From contig NC_073397.1 of the NCBI RefSeq assembly GCF_028641065.1, positions 24,490,001 through 24,554,000 on the forward strand: a stretch of DNA of 64,000 nt. The letters are read 5' to 3'. The DNA comes from Leucoraja erinacea (Eukaryota). The notes beneath the pieces were generated by a model. The model was given only the letters and a program-made list of their open reading frames with translations. It did not search any database and was not told the DNA's origin. Numbering within the stretch: the first letter of the stretch is position 1; every line of letters begins with the position of its first letter. Shown piece by piece: positions 52,759 through 64,000 of this stretch. The position numbers and the translations under genes are program-made.

Positions 52759-54555
52759 TAGTTCCTTCACCCTGGGTTTCCTCTAGCTGCTCCATCTTCT
52801 TCCTCCACCATTAGATTAGTTGGCAAGTGTAAATTGCCCTTAGCCTGTAGTGAATGGCAGCATGCCAGAGGACATAGTTCAGACAGTTACCCGACTACTA
52901 TTAAAATACATTTGGACAAGTACATGGATAGAAGTTTAGAGGGATAAAACACAGGCAAATGGACTAGCATATGGATCCGCTGAGTTACTCAAGTACTTTG
53001 TCATAGACTCATAGAGTGATACAGTACGGGAAAAAAAAAATCCTTTGGCCCATCTTGCCAACATGTGCCAGCTACGCTAGTCCCACCTGCTCACATTTGG
53101 TCCTTATCACTCCAAACCTGCCCTATGCATGTACCTGTCTAACTGTTTCTTAAATATTGGGATAGTCCCTGCCTCAACTACTTCCTCTGGCAGCTTGTTC
53201 CATACACCCACCACCCTTTGTGTGAAAAGGTTACCCCTCAGATTCCTATTAAATATTTTCCCATTCACCTTTGTGTCTATCTCTGGACTAGCATATGTAG
53301 GTATCTTGTTGACATGGATGAGTTAGGTCAAAGGGCCTGTTTCCATGCTCTTTGACTGTATCTCTATTTGGGGCAAGTTGGTAGAGTGCAGGGAGAATGG
53401 ATTAAAGTTGGGTTAGTGTAAATGTATGCTTGAAGGTCAGTGTGGACTTAGTGGGACAAGGACCCGGTTACCGTACTGTATTTCTCTAAGATTCTATAGA
53501 AGGAGGCCATTCAGCCCATTGAGAGTGCTAGCTCACAGAGCATTATCCATTCCCCCATTTATTTCGCAGGGCTTATTTATGGAGCATAATGCTCTGTGTG
53601 TCCTCATCAAAAGTGCAGACAATACTGGCTAATTGACATGCTGATCATTCTTCATGCCATTTGTTAATTTAGCTGCCAATTCAGCAATATTATTAATTTT
53701 TGTGCTTGTTTGTTACGATTGATTACACAACTTTGCTTTACTTATAATTCAGAAGACTACCAGGAAAGTGTATTGGATAAGTGTGATTAATCCTATCAGT
53801 GTACTTTAAAAAATATCTTAATTTAAGTAAAGACAGCAAAGTAATGGCAAATAAAATTCTCACAAGGTTTTAATAAGGAAGGTTTTCTGTATCTAATTAG
53901 AAATGTATTTCTCAATGTGCCAATTTCGCCATGGGAGTACACTGAGCAAATGACAAACCAGCACAAAAGGGAAGATTAAAGCAATAAATAAAGGTAATTA
54001 AATCCAATTAAGGTGCATGTATACTGTAAAAGACCGTTCGCAGTATTTTATTCAGAATGTTGAATTTCAGATTTCCAGCTTGAAATTTTTATTTTAAACA
54101 GTGGTAGTTATCTAAAGGTTGGACATAGCATTAGCAGAAAGGCATTTCAATAATTTAGCATAACATCTTTATTTTACTTCGGAGTCACGTGAGTGACTAC
54201 GTGAATAACCCCGCCAGGACGCATGCGTGTCATATCGCTACACGCATTGCAACGAGTCACAGCAGGGGGAACAACGTTCCCCTTAGCAGCAGAATTTGAA
54301 AGCCGGGAACAGCAGGTAAGGAGACTCTGCGTTCCTTCCACTTACCTTACAGGTGGAGAAATGGACCAGATCCACGAAGGCTGCGAAAAAGCTGGCGGGG
54401 GAGAACCGCGGAGTTGCGGGCAGCCAGCAGCAGCAGCCAACGGCACGCCAATCTCCCGTAATGGGAACAGCTGTGCCCGACTTCACTCCCGCCGGGCGGT
54501 AGAGTGAAGCAAAAAACTGACAGAGACGTTGACTCCGATGAGTCCGACTCTGAAT

Positions 54556-54812
54556 AGCCGCGAGCGGCCAGTGCCCGTGAGCATTGGGGCCAGTTGGAGC
54601 GGCTTCAGGAGCAGCCGCGAGCGGCCAGTGCCCATGCGCATTGGAGCCAGTTGGAGCGGCTGGGAGCGGGGAACAAGAGCAGCCGCGACGGCCAGTGCCC
54701 GTGAGCATTGGAGCCGGTTGGAGCGGCTGCAGGAACTGGAGCAGGAGCGGCTTCAGGAGCAGCCGCGACGGCCAGTGCCCGAGCGCATTGGAGCCAGTTG
54801 GAGCGGCTGTTG
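54556..54812. repeat. GC-rich ~57-bp minisatellite, 4 copies, inside DIRS
   Basis: AGCCGCGAGCGGCCAGTGCCCGTGAGCATTGGAGCCAGTTGGAGCGGCT units. Confidence 0.85.
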
Positions 54813-54854
54813 GAGCAAATACTCCAAAGTGACAGGCTCCAGGAGATGGAGATT

Positions 54855-55390
54855 AGTCACAGTCATGCTGATGGCCTTGGTCATGGCACAAAGGGTCCAG
54901 TCACTACAGAAACTAAGGCTGGACAACATGACTATTTCATCTAGAAATTTAACTTTTCACATCAATGAATTAGTCAAACAGAACAGACAGGGGTCAGCAG
55001 GCCTAAAAACAGAATTCAGGGCATACCCGACAGATGATTGTCTCTGTATTGTAACACACTTACTATTATATATGGAGTATACTAAGATCATCAGAGGGAA
55101 AGAAATGTCACTTTTAATCAGCTACAAACAGCCACTCAAAACAGTGACAGTCCAGATCATCTCTAGATGGCTAAAACAGGTCCTAATAAGACTGGAGTAG
55201 ACACTTGCATTTTAAATCTCACTCCACCAGGGCTGCAGCTACATCGGCAGCTATGAAGTTGGATGTTCCTATGAACCAAATCCTCAAGACAGCAGGATGG
55301 TCAACGGAGAAAACTTTCCAACGATTTTATAACAAACCAGTCATTGAACCTGGAACATTTGCAGAAACAATTTTAAGTTCTGTAATATAA
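54855..55390 (+). pseudogene. DIRS tyrosine recombinase catalytic domain, frameshifted near 55195
   Basis: LMALVMAQR...LVKQ...ISRWLKQVL / FKSHSTRAAATS...AGWSTEKTFQRFYNKPV: R, K, HxxR, W and Y catalytic residues. Confidence 0.85.
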
Positions 55391-56454
55391 TTTACCCCAT
55401 AAATAGGGGCTATAATTTGGTGTTAATATATTTATCATTGGGTTTTCAATATCGTATTGATGTCTAATGATGTTAACACTATTCTCCCCATAATCAAGGC
55501 AGATATGATGCATGGACTCATTTCCACGGCATGAAATCACCGCTCCCATCCTTGATCATATACTCAACTGGTATCTCTTCTCTAATCTTACTATGGTTAG
55601 TCATTACAGTTATCTGTGATTTCACACCGCTGCTTTGAAGTATGACACGCATGCGTCCTGGCGGGGTTCTTCGCGTAATCCCTCAACGTTACTCCTCATA
55701 AAATAACGATCAAATTTCAAACTGGTAAGTTCTCGTTTAATCTTACTAGTTATGCTATTTTAAGCACACGCACACACATGCACATGCATGCACGAAAACC
55801 TGAAAACCTTCCACTAAGATTTCTCATCGACATTACAGACACTCAATAAACCACATACATTATATAAAGAAACTGTAGTTATGCAATAAGGTTCCTATTT
55901 CTCTTATGTACAATGAGGGGTTTCTACATTCACTCCAAATTGCCGCTCTCCCAGCCAATATTTGGAAATTTGTACGTGTGTGATTATATCCTGGTACTCC
56001 ACGGCTTAACTCACTGGGACCATGTATGCTGGTCTAAATAGTATAGTTATGGAAATGGGTGCAGGAGCTGTGAAAACCAGTACATTAGGAAGTTGAATCC
56101 AACCCATTGACTTCTCCTTTTAACTGTCATGCTTTGGGTTAGTTTTCTCAAAACTTCTTGGGAGTTGCAGAGCATCAATTTCAGTCTGCTAATTGGGCAA
56201 CGACCCCATTATTTACCCAAACAGTGAAATTTAACTATGAATTTGCAGTTTTTCTGAACTTTAGAGAAAAGGCCAGTGATTGTGGGGTGACAATGAAATG
56301 GTTGTTGAGCAGTTGAAGAAGTGATAGGGAAGCATGGCACCTAAGCTCTCACTGCTCGTGGAGAAAAATTTGTGCTAACAGATTCCAGCACAAATCTTCT
56401 GTCACACATGACAACTTGGAAGCACCATCTTGAATTTCAATCTGCACTTTCATG

Positions 56455-56731
56455 TCATTTTCTGTCTCCTTCAAGCAATTTGTTTGGCCTTGTAAATAAG
56501 GGCTGAGACAGATCTTTTTCAGTAACGGAACCAGCTGTGGGAGTTGTAAGGCATCTGTCACGGTCAACCGCCATGGGCTCATAAACCTTCAGTCCCATTG
56601 GGGAAGAGAACATTGGAGGAGCAGCGAAACTTACAGGAGGCCATGGAAGGAGGTGGCTGAAGGACATGGAAGGGGGCAGCTGAAGTTGCGGAGCTTGCAG
56701 AAATTCTTTGGGTAAAACAAACAGTGGAAAA
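56455..56731 (-). CDS. Candidate terminal coding exon of an unidentified gene (FPLFVLPKEFLQAPQLQLPPSMSFSHLLPWPPVSFAAPPMFSSPMGLKVYEPMAVDRDR...LLEGDRK*)
   Basis: 92-codon frame with raised GC in unique DNA; opens right after a CAG acceptor with an in-frame stop just upstream; Pro/Ser-rich C-terminal character. Confidence 0.55.
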
Positions 56732-57554
56732 CTGCTTCAAAATCCCAGCATTACAACAAAAGAACAATTGGCTTCTATTTATTGATCTTGTAATTCTGTA
56801 GTTAATGTAAGTGTCTAATGTTGTATTATGGTGTGCTTCTGGAAATGATAGTTCAAGGTACAGATTTGTTTAAGCATTGATGCACAGAGCTGTGAGTCGT
56901 ATCATTACTCCTCTGTTAATGCTATCTGTCCCAGTGCCAATGCAATGGACAATAGACAATATTGTATAGACAAATGCAGTTTTTTTACTTATGCAGTTAT
57001 TCCCTTTCATTGATGCAGTCATTGCTTATATCCAATGTCAACCATTCAACTATTATCAGTAGACAAATCTGCCACTCTGTAGATCCCAATGGCCTGGTGA
57101 TCATTCAGTGAGTTTGGCAACACTAAATCAAAATGAACAGAGCCTCTTTCCCCATGAGAAAATCTCACTTTACAGAATTATTGAGAAATGATACAAGCTA
57201 CCACAATTGAAACTTTAAAATCAATGAAATATAGATCGCAAGGAGTATATTTGTCACAAATCTGGGTTGCTTTGATTAAAGTGTAATTCCCATTCCTATG
57301 AGTAGAGAAATTTCATTTGGCACATCAAACCCCTTTACTCAAAGAGTGACAGTATTAAACTAATCAGGAAATCAAATATACAAAATTCTTCTAATGTTTT
57401 AAGGTTTTTGTTACATTTTCTTGTAATATCAATTATTGCAATATCTAACGATAGATACTATCTTTAATATTGATGTTTTATAGCTGATACAAGCTACATT
57501 GATATACTTCACATGTATGATAATCACCATTTCAATCCAATACATTAGCCATTA

Positions 57555-57940
57555 AATAGACAATAGACAATAGGTGTAGGAGTAGGCCATTCGGCCCTTC
57601 GAGCCAGCATCGCCATTCACTGTGATCATTGCTGATCATCCACAATCAGTAACCCATTCCTGCCTTCTCCCCATATCCCCTGACTCCGCTATCCTTTTGC
57701 CCCTGTCCCACTTAAGAAACCTAAACGGAAACCTCTGGAGTCTTTGCACCCCACCCAAGGTTTCCGTGCAGTTCCCGGATGTTGCAGGTGGTTGCCGGAG
57801 GTTGCAGGTAGTGGAAGCAGGTAGGGAGACTGACAAAAAACCTCTGGGAACCGCACGGAAACCTTGGTTGGGGCACAAAGTCTCCAGAGGTTTCCGTTCA
57901 GGTTTCCTAAGTGGGACAGGGGCATTAAGAGCTCTACGTT
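57555..57940 (-). mobile_element. CR1 3' tail hosting a MITE
   Basis: (AATAGAC)n tail; host ATCC|TTA|AGAGCTCT split by the MITE. Confidence 0.8.
57698..57924. mobile_element. Fold-back Harbinger-like MITE with ~80-bp TIRs
   Basis: TGCCCCTGTCCCACTTA...GGTTTCCGTGC / GCACGGAAACC...TAAGTGGGACAGGGGCA; TSD TTT/TTA. Confidence 0.85.
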
Positions 57941-58654
57941 AATCTGAAGTAGGCTCCTGATTTGAAACATCACAGATACATTCTCCAGAGATGCCGACCA
58001 ATCCACTGAGATACTTTACATCTTTTTTTTGTAAACCAGCATCTGCAGTTCCTAATAACACCCTTTACTTCTCATTTTTAACATCAGAAAAGATGTACAT
58101 GAAAAGAATGTCAAGAAGATTCCTTTTTTGGCAAAAAATTGTTGAAATTGGCTAATTAAAGTAATAACTTGCAGAAGGTGGAGAATTCCTAGAATTGTTT
58201 ATCTCAGATGGTTGTGGAAACGAAATCATTGGAGGTAGTTAAAAAGGAAAAAGGCAATTTCTTGATAGATCAAGGAATTAGAGGCTCTGGGGAATGATCA
58301 AGCTTGAGTAGCATATACCTACTCTTTATTATCTAATGTATTATATAATTATAAATTGGCAACATAAAATAAGACCCCTACCACACAGACTATTAACGAG
58401 ATAAAACATTGTTTTATCAATGTCACCGTTGAATTGATTTATTGTTCAAATACTTTTTTAAGTAAATACTATCATAGTTAGACTACACAACTTTAGAGTC
58501 TATAATTGAACAGCAAAAATTACTCAATTACATATTCATGGTACATTTTCAATCTTCTTCAATTGAAGATATTTTACTTGCATCCTCTTTTTCGATTAGG
58601 GAACTGCACTTGCTGTGGGATTCTTTCTTTTGTACCGTTCTCAAAATTCTAGAA

Positions 58655-59349
58655 AGAGGCCATTTGGCTTGCATTCTGCTTGAAATGCTGTGTAATTGAA
58701 TGTGGTGGCCTGCACTCTGCTTGAAATGCTGTGAAATCGAATGTGCTGACCTGCACTCTGCTTGAAATGCTGTGAAATTGAATGTGGTTGCCTGCACTCT
58801 GCTTGAAATGCTATGAAATTGAATGTGGTGGCCTGCACTCTGCTCGAAATGCTAGGAAATTGAATGTGGTGGCCTGCACTCTGCTTGAAATGGTATTTCA
58901 AGGAATAGCCGTGAGTGAACTGCCAGCCCACCAGCCCTGAGTTACTGATCTGCCAGCCCACCAGCCCTGAGTGACTGAGTTGCCAGCCTACCAGCCCTGA
59001 GTGACTGAGCTGCCAGCCCTCCAGCCCTGAGTGACTGTGCTGCCAGCCAATCAGTCCTGAGTGACTGTGCTGCCAGCCCACCAGCCCAGAGTGACTGAGC
59101 TGCCAGCCCACCAAGCCTCAGTGACTGAGCTACCAACCCTCCAGGCCCGAGTGACTGAGATGCCAGTCCACCAGGCCTGAATGACTGAGCTGCCAGCCAA
59201 ATAATCCATTTGGCCCACAATGTCCATACTAGCCCTCTAGAAACCAGCCCCTTTGCCCCACAACACCCAGACTAGTGCTGGAGAAAGCCCCCTCCCCACT
59301 GGCCACCAATATTGGAGATGGTGGATAATTGCGTTCGGGGACCAGCCCT
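58655..59349 (+). mobile_element. Internal fragment of the same Helitron family (41-bp and 30-bp arrays)
   Basis: 41-bp repeats 58665-58895; about 9 x 30-bp TGCCAGCCCACCAGCCCTGAGTGACTGAGC; subterminal match ends GGGGACCAGCCCT. Confidence 0.75.
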
Positions 59350-60905
59350 AAAGTAATCATTATTAATAAACTTGAACAAGAATGCTGACAGAGCTATTCA
59401 CCGCCAACTTGCAACAAATCACATTTGTAAAGGTCAAATGGATAATAATTATTTGTATAAAGAAGCTGAGTTGTCTACTTGATAACTGTTTCTTTTTATT
59501 GTAGTTCATTGCCACCTTTGATCTAAATTTTCTTAATGCAGTATCCAGGTGGCATCTGAGTACAAGCAACACATATGCATTGTTGCACTTTTTATGTTGC
59601 AGTCTAAATGTGTTTATTTTCTACCGTTTTGTTTACTTGGAAATTTTTATTTCTTCAAGCTTTTATTTTCACACAGATTCTCTTGAGGAATGAAATATGA
59701 AGGTCATAAACTATAGGTTTAACGTAAACAAAGTGAAAGGACAGACACGCACTTTTGAGTTTATCATTCGTGTCTTTGAGAACAAAGTAAAACTTACTCT
59801 ATGTGGAAATCTCTTTTAAAGTCCACTTTTAACGTTATGATCCTCTCAGTTTATAGTCTGGATGATTCACCAAGGGTGGCTCAAATACTTCATTTCACTC
59901 CAATAGCAACATCTTTAGCCTATAAAATGTCAATGTGCACTCATATTCTTGCAGGGAGTATAGAGAAATGTAAAAAATTGTGCTTTCATTTATAGGAATA
60001 TGCCCAAATCTTTGCTGCTGGCATATATAGTGCATCGTCAAAGGAGTGCAAACCAATTTTCAAACTACTGTGTAAGCATTTATAAAGCTTTAGTATCAGC
60101 TGGCAACTTTACAACAGTGGGAAGTCAATAGCTGTCCTATCACTGTGTAAAAATTACAGTATATTATCAGGCCCCCTTCCAGCTTCCAATTATTGAGACA
60201 GAATGACTGCAAAGTCATTTTCACCTCCTTCATTGACGTCTAATCTTTTGTTTATTTTAGTTCAATATTACTTCTTCAGTTTTTTTCTTATTTGATACTG
60301 CTGGCATTATTGTTGTGACATTTTAGATGATGTAAATGCGATCGTAATCTCTATCAGTATTAACATACATTTTTCAGAGTTTTACTAAATCAAATTGAAC
60401 GCCTCAGGTTTGTTTGACATATATATCTTGCAATGCTTGAAAAGTATAATGGTAATATTACACCAAACCATCAATTTAATAATGTGGCATTGGCATATTC
60501 GTCTGGAGCCATTCCAGAACATGGTTAGCTTTCTCTATATACCTGCTGAATCATACAGAACAGAATGAGGCCATTAAACCTATTGTGCCTTTGATGTTCT
60601 TTGAAAAAAATATCCAATTAGTTGCCCTGCCCTGTTATTTCCCCATAGAAGAAAAAAGGGAAGTCATATGATTAAGTGCGTGTTTCTATATTCTATTTTA
60701 AAAATTATGCTACCCTAACACAAATTATGCCAGCCTATTTTAATCATGATTATATTTATACCAAACTCATCCTGTTGTGAGTGATAAATGCTTTATGGAG
60801 ATTAGATTATATTGTGGAGAGAAGGAACTAAATCAAAAGTCCTCCGACAATCTAGGGACTTTTACACTGGGGTGTGAACAGGTGATATCAGATCCATCCT
60901 CTCAC

Positions 60906-60988
60906 CTCTCCTCATTCCTGCATGAATGAGGGCACACTTGGGCACACTTGGATAAAGCCATGTCAGTGACTGATTCAAATAAGCTAGT
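60906..60988 (-). CDS. Candidate exon (TSLFESVTDMALSKCAQVCPHSCRNEE, or AYLNQSLTWLYPSVPKCALIHAGMRR from an alternative acceptor at 60983)
   Basis: Polypyrimidine tract + AG, donor GAG|GTGAGA; first reading ends in phase 2, matching the 56731 exon. Confidence 0.45.
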
Positions 60989-61053
60989 CTTATTTGTAGT
61001 AGCAAAGAAAATGGAAATTGATACAAAAACAGAATTAAAATGATATAATAGAA

Positions 61054-62906
61054 CTAGACAAAGTGGGACTCGTTGGGTCCCATGTTCACACAGGAGGTCT
61101 GGTCCCCCAACGCAATAGTCCACCTCTCCACCAATTCCAATATTGGTGGCCTGTGGGGGGAGGGGGGCTTTCTGGAGTGCTAGTATGGGTGTTGTGGGCC
61201 AAAGGGACTGGTTTCCATTGTGGGCCGAATGGATTCTTGGGCTGGCAGCTCAGTCATTCAGACCTGGTGGGTTGGCAGCTCAGTCACTCAGGCCTGGTGG
61301 GCTGGCAGCTCAGTCACTCAGGCCTGGTGGGCTGGCAGCTCAGTTACTCAGGGCTGGTGGGCTGGCAGCTCAGAAACCTGCCAAAAATACTGCCCAAAAC
61401 CGGTGAGAGACTCTGCGAGAGAAAGGGGGAGAGGGCGGAGAATCAATTTTAGACATTTTTCATCTTTTTCTGTAGATCTCAGCAATGAAGGAGGAAAGTC
61501 TATCCTGGCCTGGATCTCACAGGGTGTCAATAAAAGGAGGGAGAACAATACTGTGGTGAGGTTTAATACTTGCAGGGGGAATACTTACTGATGGACCGAA
61601 TGGATTCCTCCTGGGCTAGTGCAGGGCTGATCGGCTGAAGGGACACTTTAAAAAAAATCTGAGTGTAATCTCAGTGAAAGGCAGTTTTTCTGGACTTTTC
61701 CTGGCTTGGCATGGGCCTTTTGGGTCATAATGCTCCGCCTGGGCTAATACGGGCATTTTGGGCTAAAGGGACTGGTTTGTCTGCTTATAGGGGCCTTGTG
61801 GGCCAAAATTAGTGGTTTCAGGCAGGCCAAACAACTCATTTCATTTCATTTCCATTTCCATTTCAATTTCAGGTTCAAGCACAGGGCAGGCTAAATAACG
61901 CAATGCATTTTCATTTCAGTTCCATTTCAATTTCAGTTTCAAGCACAGGGCAGGCCAAACAACTAATTGCATTTTCATTTCATTTCCATTTCCATTGCAG
62001 TTTCACGCACAGGGCTGGCCAAACAACTCATTGCATTTTCATTTCATTTCATTTCCATTTCCATTGCAGTTTCAAGCACAGGGCTGGCCAAACAAGCCAT
62101 TGCATTTTCATTTCATTTCCATTTCAATTGCAGTTTCAAGCACAGGACAGGCCAAACAACTCATTGCATTTTCATTTCATTTCCATTTCCATTGCAGTTT
62201 CAAGCACAGGGCAGGCCAAACAACCCATTGCATTTTCATTTCATTTCCATTTTCATTGCAGTTTCAAGCACAGGGCAGGCCAAACAACTCATTGCATCTT
62301 CATTTCATTTCCATTTCCATTACAATTTCAAGCACAGGGCAGGCCAAACAACTCATTGCCTGTTCATTTCATTTCCATTTCCATTACAGTTTCAAGCACA
62401 GGGCAGGCCAAAAACTCATTGCATGTTTATTTCATTTCCATTTCCATTGCAGTTTCAAGCACAGGGCAGGCCAAGCAACTCATTTTACTGTTATTAAGGA
62501 CTAACAAATCATTTATTGCTAGTACATTGCAGACTCACAGTTCAGTTGCCTCACAGCATAGAATCACCATTGTGGGCTCTCCCTCACGATCTTCCAGAGT
62601 GACTGACTGATGTCCAGCATCCGGCGCTTTATACACCTGGCACCCCCTCCTCCCCCCCTGGAAGGGGTGTTACCTTCATCATGGTGATTGGCAGGCGAGG
62701 GGGCCAATAAGCTGATCTCATGATTTTTGAAACATTCATAATTTTTTTTTTTCAGTGATCGGAAAATTCCTTGGGGCTGCTGCAGCGGAGGAGGACTGTG
62801 AGTAAGATGGCAAAAATTCATAGTGATATAGGGTAGCCTTTTTTCTAAAATCAATTAACAACGTAGACAGGAAGTGGTAAGATGAGGCTTTTAGTATAAT
62901 AATAGA
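61054..62906 (-). mobile_element. Full-length non-autonomous Helitron
   Basis: Minus strand A|TCTATTATTATACTAAAAG...GGGAC-CCAACGA-GTCCC hairpin-ACTTTGTCTAG|T; no TSD. Confidence 0.85.
61820..62487. repeat. ~64-bp minisatellite with variable CATTT(C) subrepeats, about 10 copies
   Basis: TTTCAAGCACAGGGCAGGCCAAACAACTCATTGCATTTTCATTTCATTTCCATTTCCATTGCAG. Confidence 0.9.
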
Positions 62907-63281
62907 TGCCACTGGTGATCACTGAACTACAGTGCAATTGAACTAAAGTTGCTGGTAGATTTTGTTTACTGTAACATATGTTCAGATATTTCTGTGTTTG
63001 ATTTATTGGATACCAAAAACAATTGCTAAATCATTTTTGTCCATTACATCTGAGTGCAACGTCTATAATGTCCATCCTAGGAACTATCCTCTTACTCTAA
63101 TAAGCATTAGATATTGTAACATAACACACCATTTCACTATTTATGGTTCATATTGGTTAAAAATATTTTGCAGTCTGGGACACAGCCAAGGTGTAATATA
63201 AAATAAGAGAGAATTGAATTTCTAAATAGGTCAAATGAACCCATTGGGCAAGTCAGGGGAGAGCAAATGTAAATAACTTAC

Positions 63282-63333
63282 CTAAATTATTCTGTGACTT
63301 ACTAGCATGTTGCTTGACAATGTTATATATCAA
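63282..63333 (-). CDS. Candidate exon LIYNIVKQHASKSQNNL
   Basis: Strong acceptor GTTCTTTGTTTTCTCTTAG and donor TAG|GTAAGT; one open frame, phase 0 to 1. Confidence 0.4.
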
Positions 63334-63654
63334 CTAAGAGAAAACAAAGAACAATTTAACATTGCCCTGTGCACTAAAACAAATTCAAAGTAAGATTCAA
63401 ATCTTAACATTTTGTAAGCAACATTATTATTTAATAGAGAGCTATGCATATCACCCACCTTGGGAAGAATTTCGAACAGCCATTGACGTTTGTTGCCGTT
63501 TGTTGAGCAGTGCTTACCATTAAACAATAGTGAAATGACAATGGATTTGCAGTTGGTGGGAAGATGCAACAGAGTTGGTGGGAAGATTGACTTTCTACTG
63601 CGCTGTAAAAGTTCTATGATTGAATTTTACTATTTCTGTACAGATTCTGGACAG

Positions 63655-64000
63655 GGGCAGCACTGTGGCACAACGGTGGAGTTGCTGCTTTACAGCACCA
63701 GAGACCCTGGCTCAATCCTGACAATGTGTGCTGGCTGTACGTTCTCCCTGTGACCACAAGAGTTTTCTCTGGGTGCTCTGGTTTCCTCCCACACTACAAA
63801 GACGTACAGGTTTGCAGGTTAATTAGCTTCACTGAATTATAAATTATCTCTCATGTGTAGGTTTGTGCTAGTGGATGTCCTAATCGTTGGGAGACACAAA
63901 ATGCTGGTGCAACTCAGCTGGACAGGCAGCATCTCTGGAGAGAAGGAATGGGTGACGCTTCGGGTCGAGACCCTTCCTTTGACGTAATCGTTGGCCCGTA
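63655..64000 (+). mobile_element. V-SINE with a nested Penelope-type repeat
   Basis: SINE head and V-domain; insert flanked by duplicated TAATCGTTGG. Confidence 0.75.

Larger units (their letters stand above)
54169..55748 (+). mobile_element. Internally deleted DIRS-like tyrosine-recombinase retrotransposon
   Basis: Imperfect ~66-bp inverted terminal repeats (54169-54234, 55641-55706) plus right extension; YR remnant; gag/RT/RNase H absent. Confidence 0.85.

Noticed and set aside
54529-55200. 223-aa ORF as a novel repeat-recombinase fusion protein
   Set aside because: Chance in-frame join after a deletion; the catalytic HxxR and Tyr lie in another frame
58921-59200. Regular 30-bp repeats, CRISPR-like at first sight
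   Set aside because: No unique spacers, no cas genes and a eukaryotic context; this is a tandem minisatellite
61903-62610. Long repetitive ORFs (169-235 aa), and similar ones at 3370-3888 and 58641-59220
   Set aside because: Open frames arise from stop-free tandem repeats in several frames at once

Overview
This is eukaryotic DNA, repeat-dense and AT-rich, with no prokaryotic gene organisation. The repeat set matches a cartilaginous fish, most likely a skate or ray (inference): tRNA-derived V-SINE/HE1-like SINEs, CR1/HER1-like LINE 3' ends, Rex1/Babar LINEs, Penelope-type terminal repeats and Harbinger-like MITEs. Almost all ORFs in the supplied track are decayed transposon fragments or chance ORFs. 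Identifiable content: many CR1, Rex1, L1 and L2-type pieces; a solo LTR; an internally deleted DIRS tyrosine-recombinase retroelement; three minisatellite-carrying non-autonomous Helitrons, one with both termini; and more than a dozen dispersed Penelope-type repeats carrying a minimal type I hammerhead ribozyme motif, several inserted as fold-back dimers with target-site duplications (TSDs). Candidate host exons occur on the minus strand (63.3, 60.9 and 56.6 kb, the last a terminal exon) and on the plus strand (12.4 and 33.4 kb). I could not identify the genes. All assignments are by eye; no searches were run and many boundaries are approximate.
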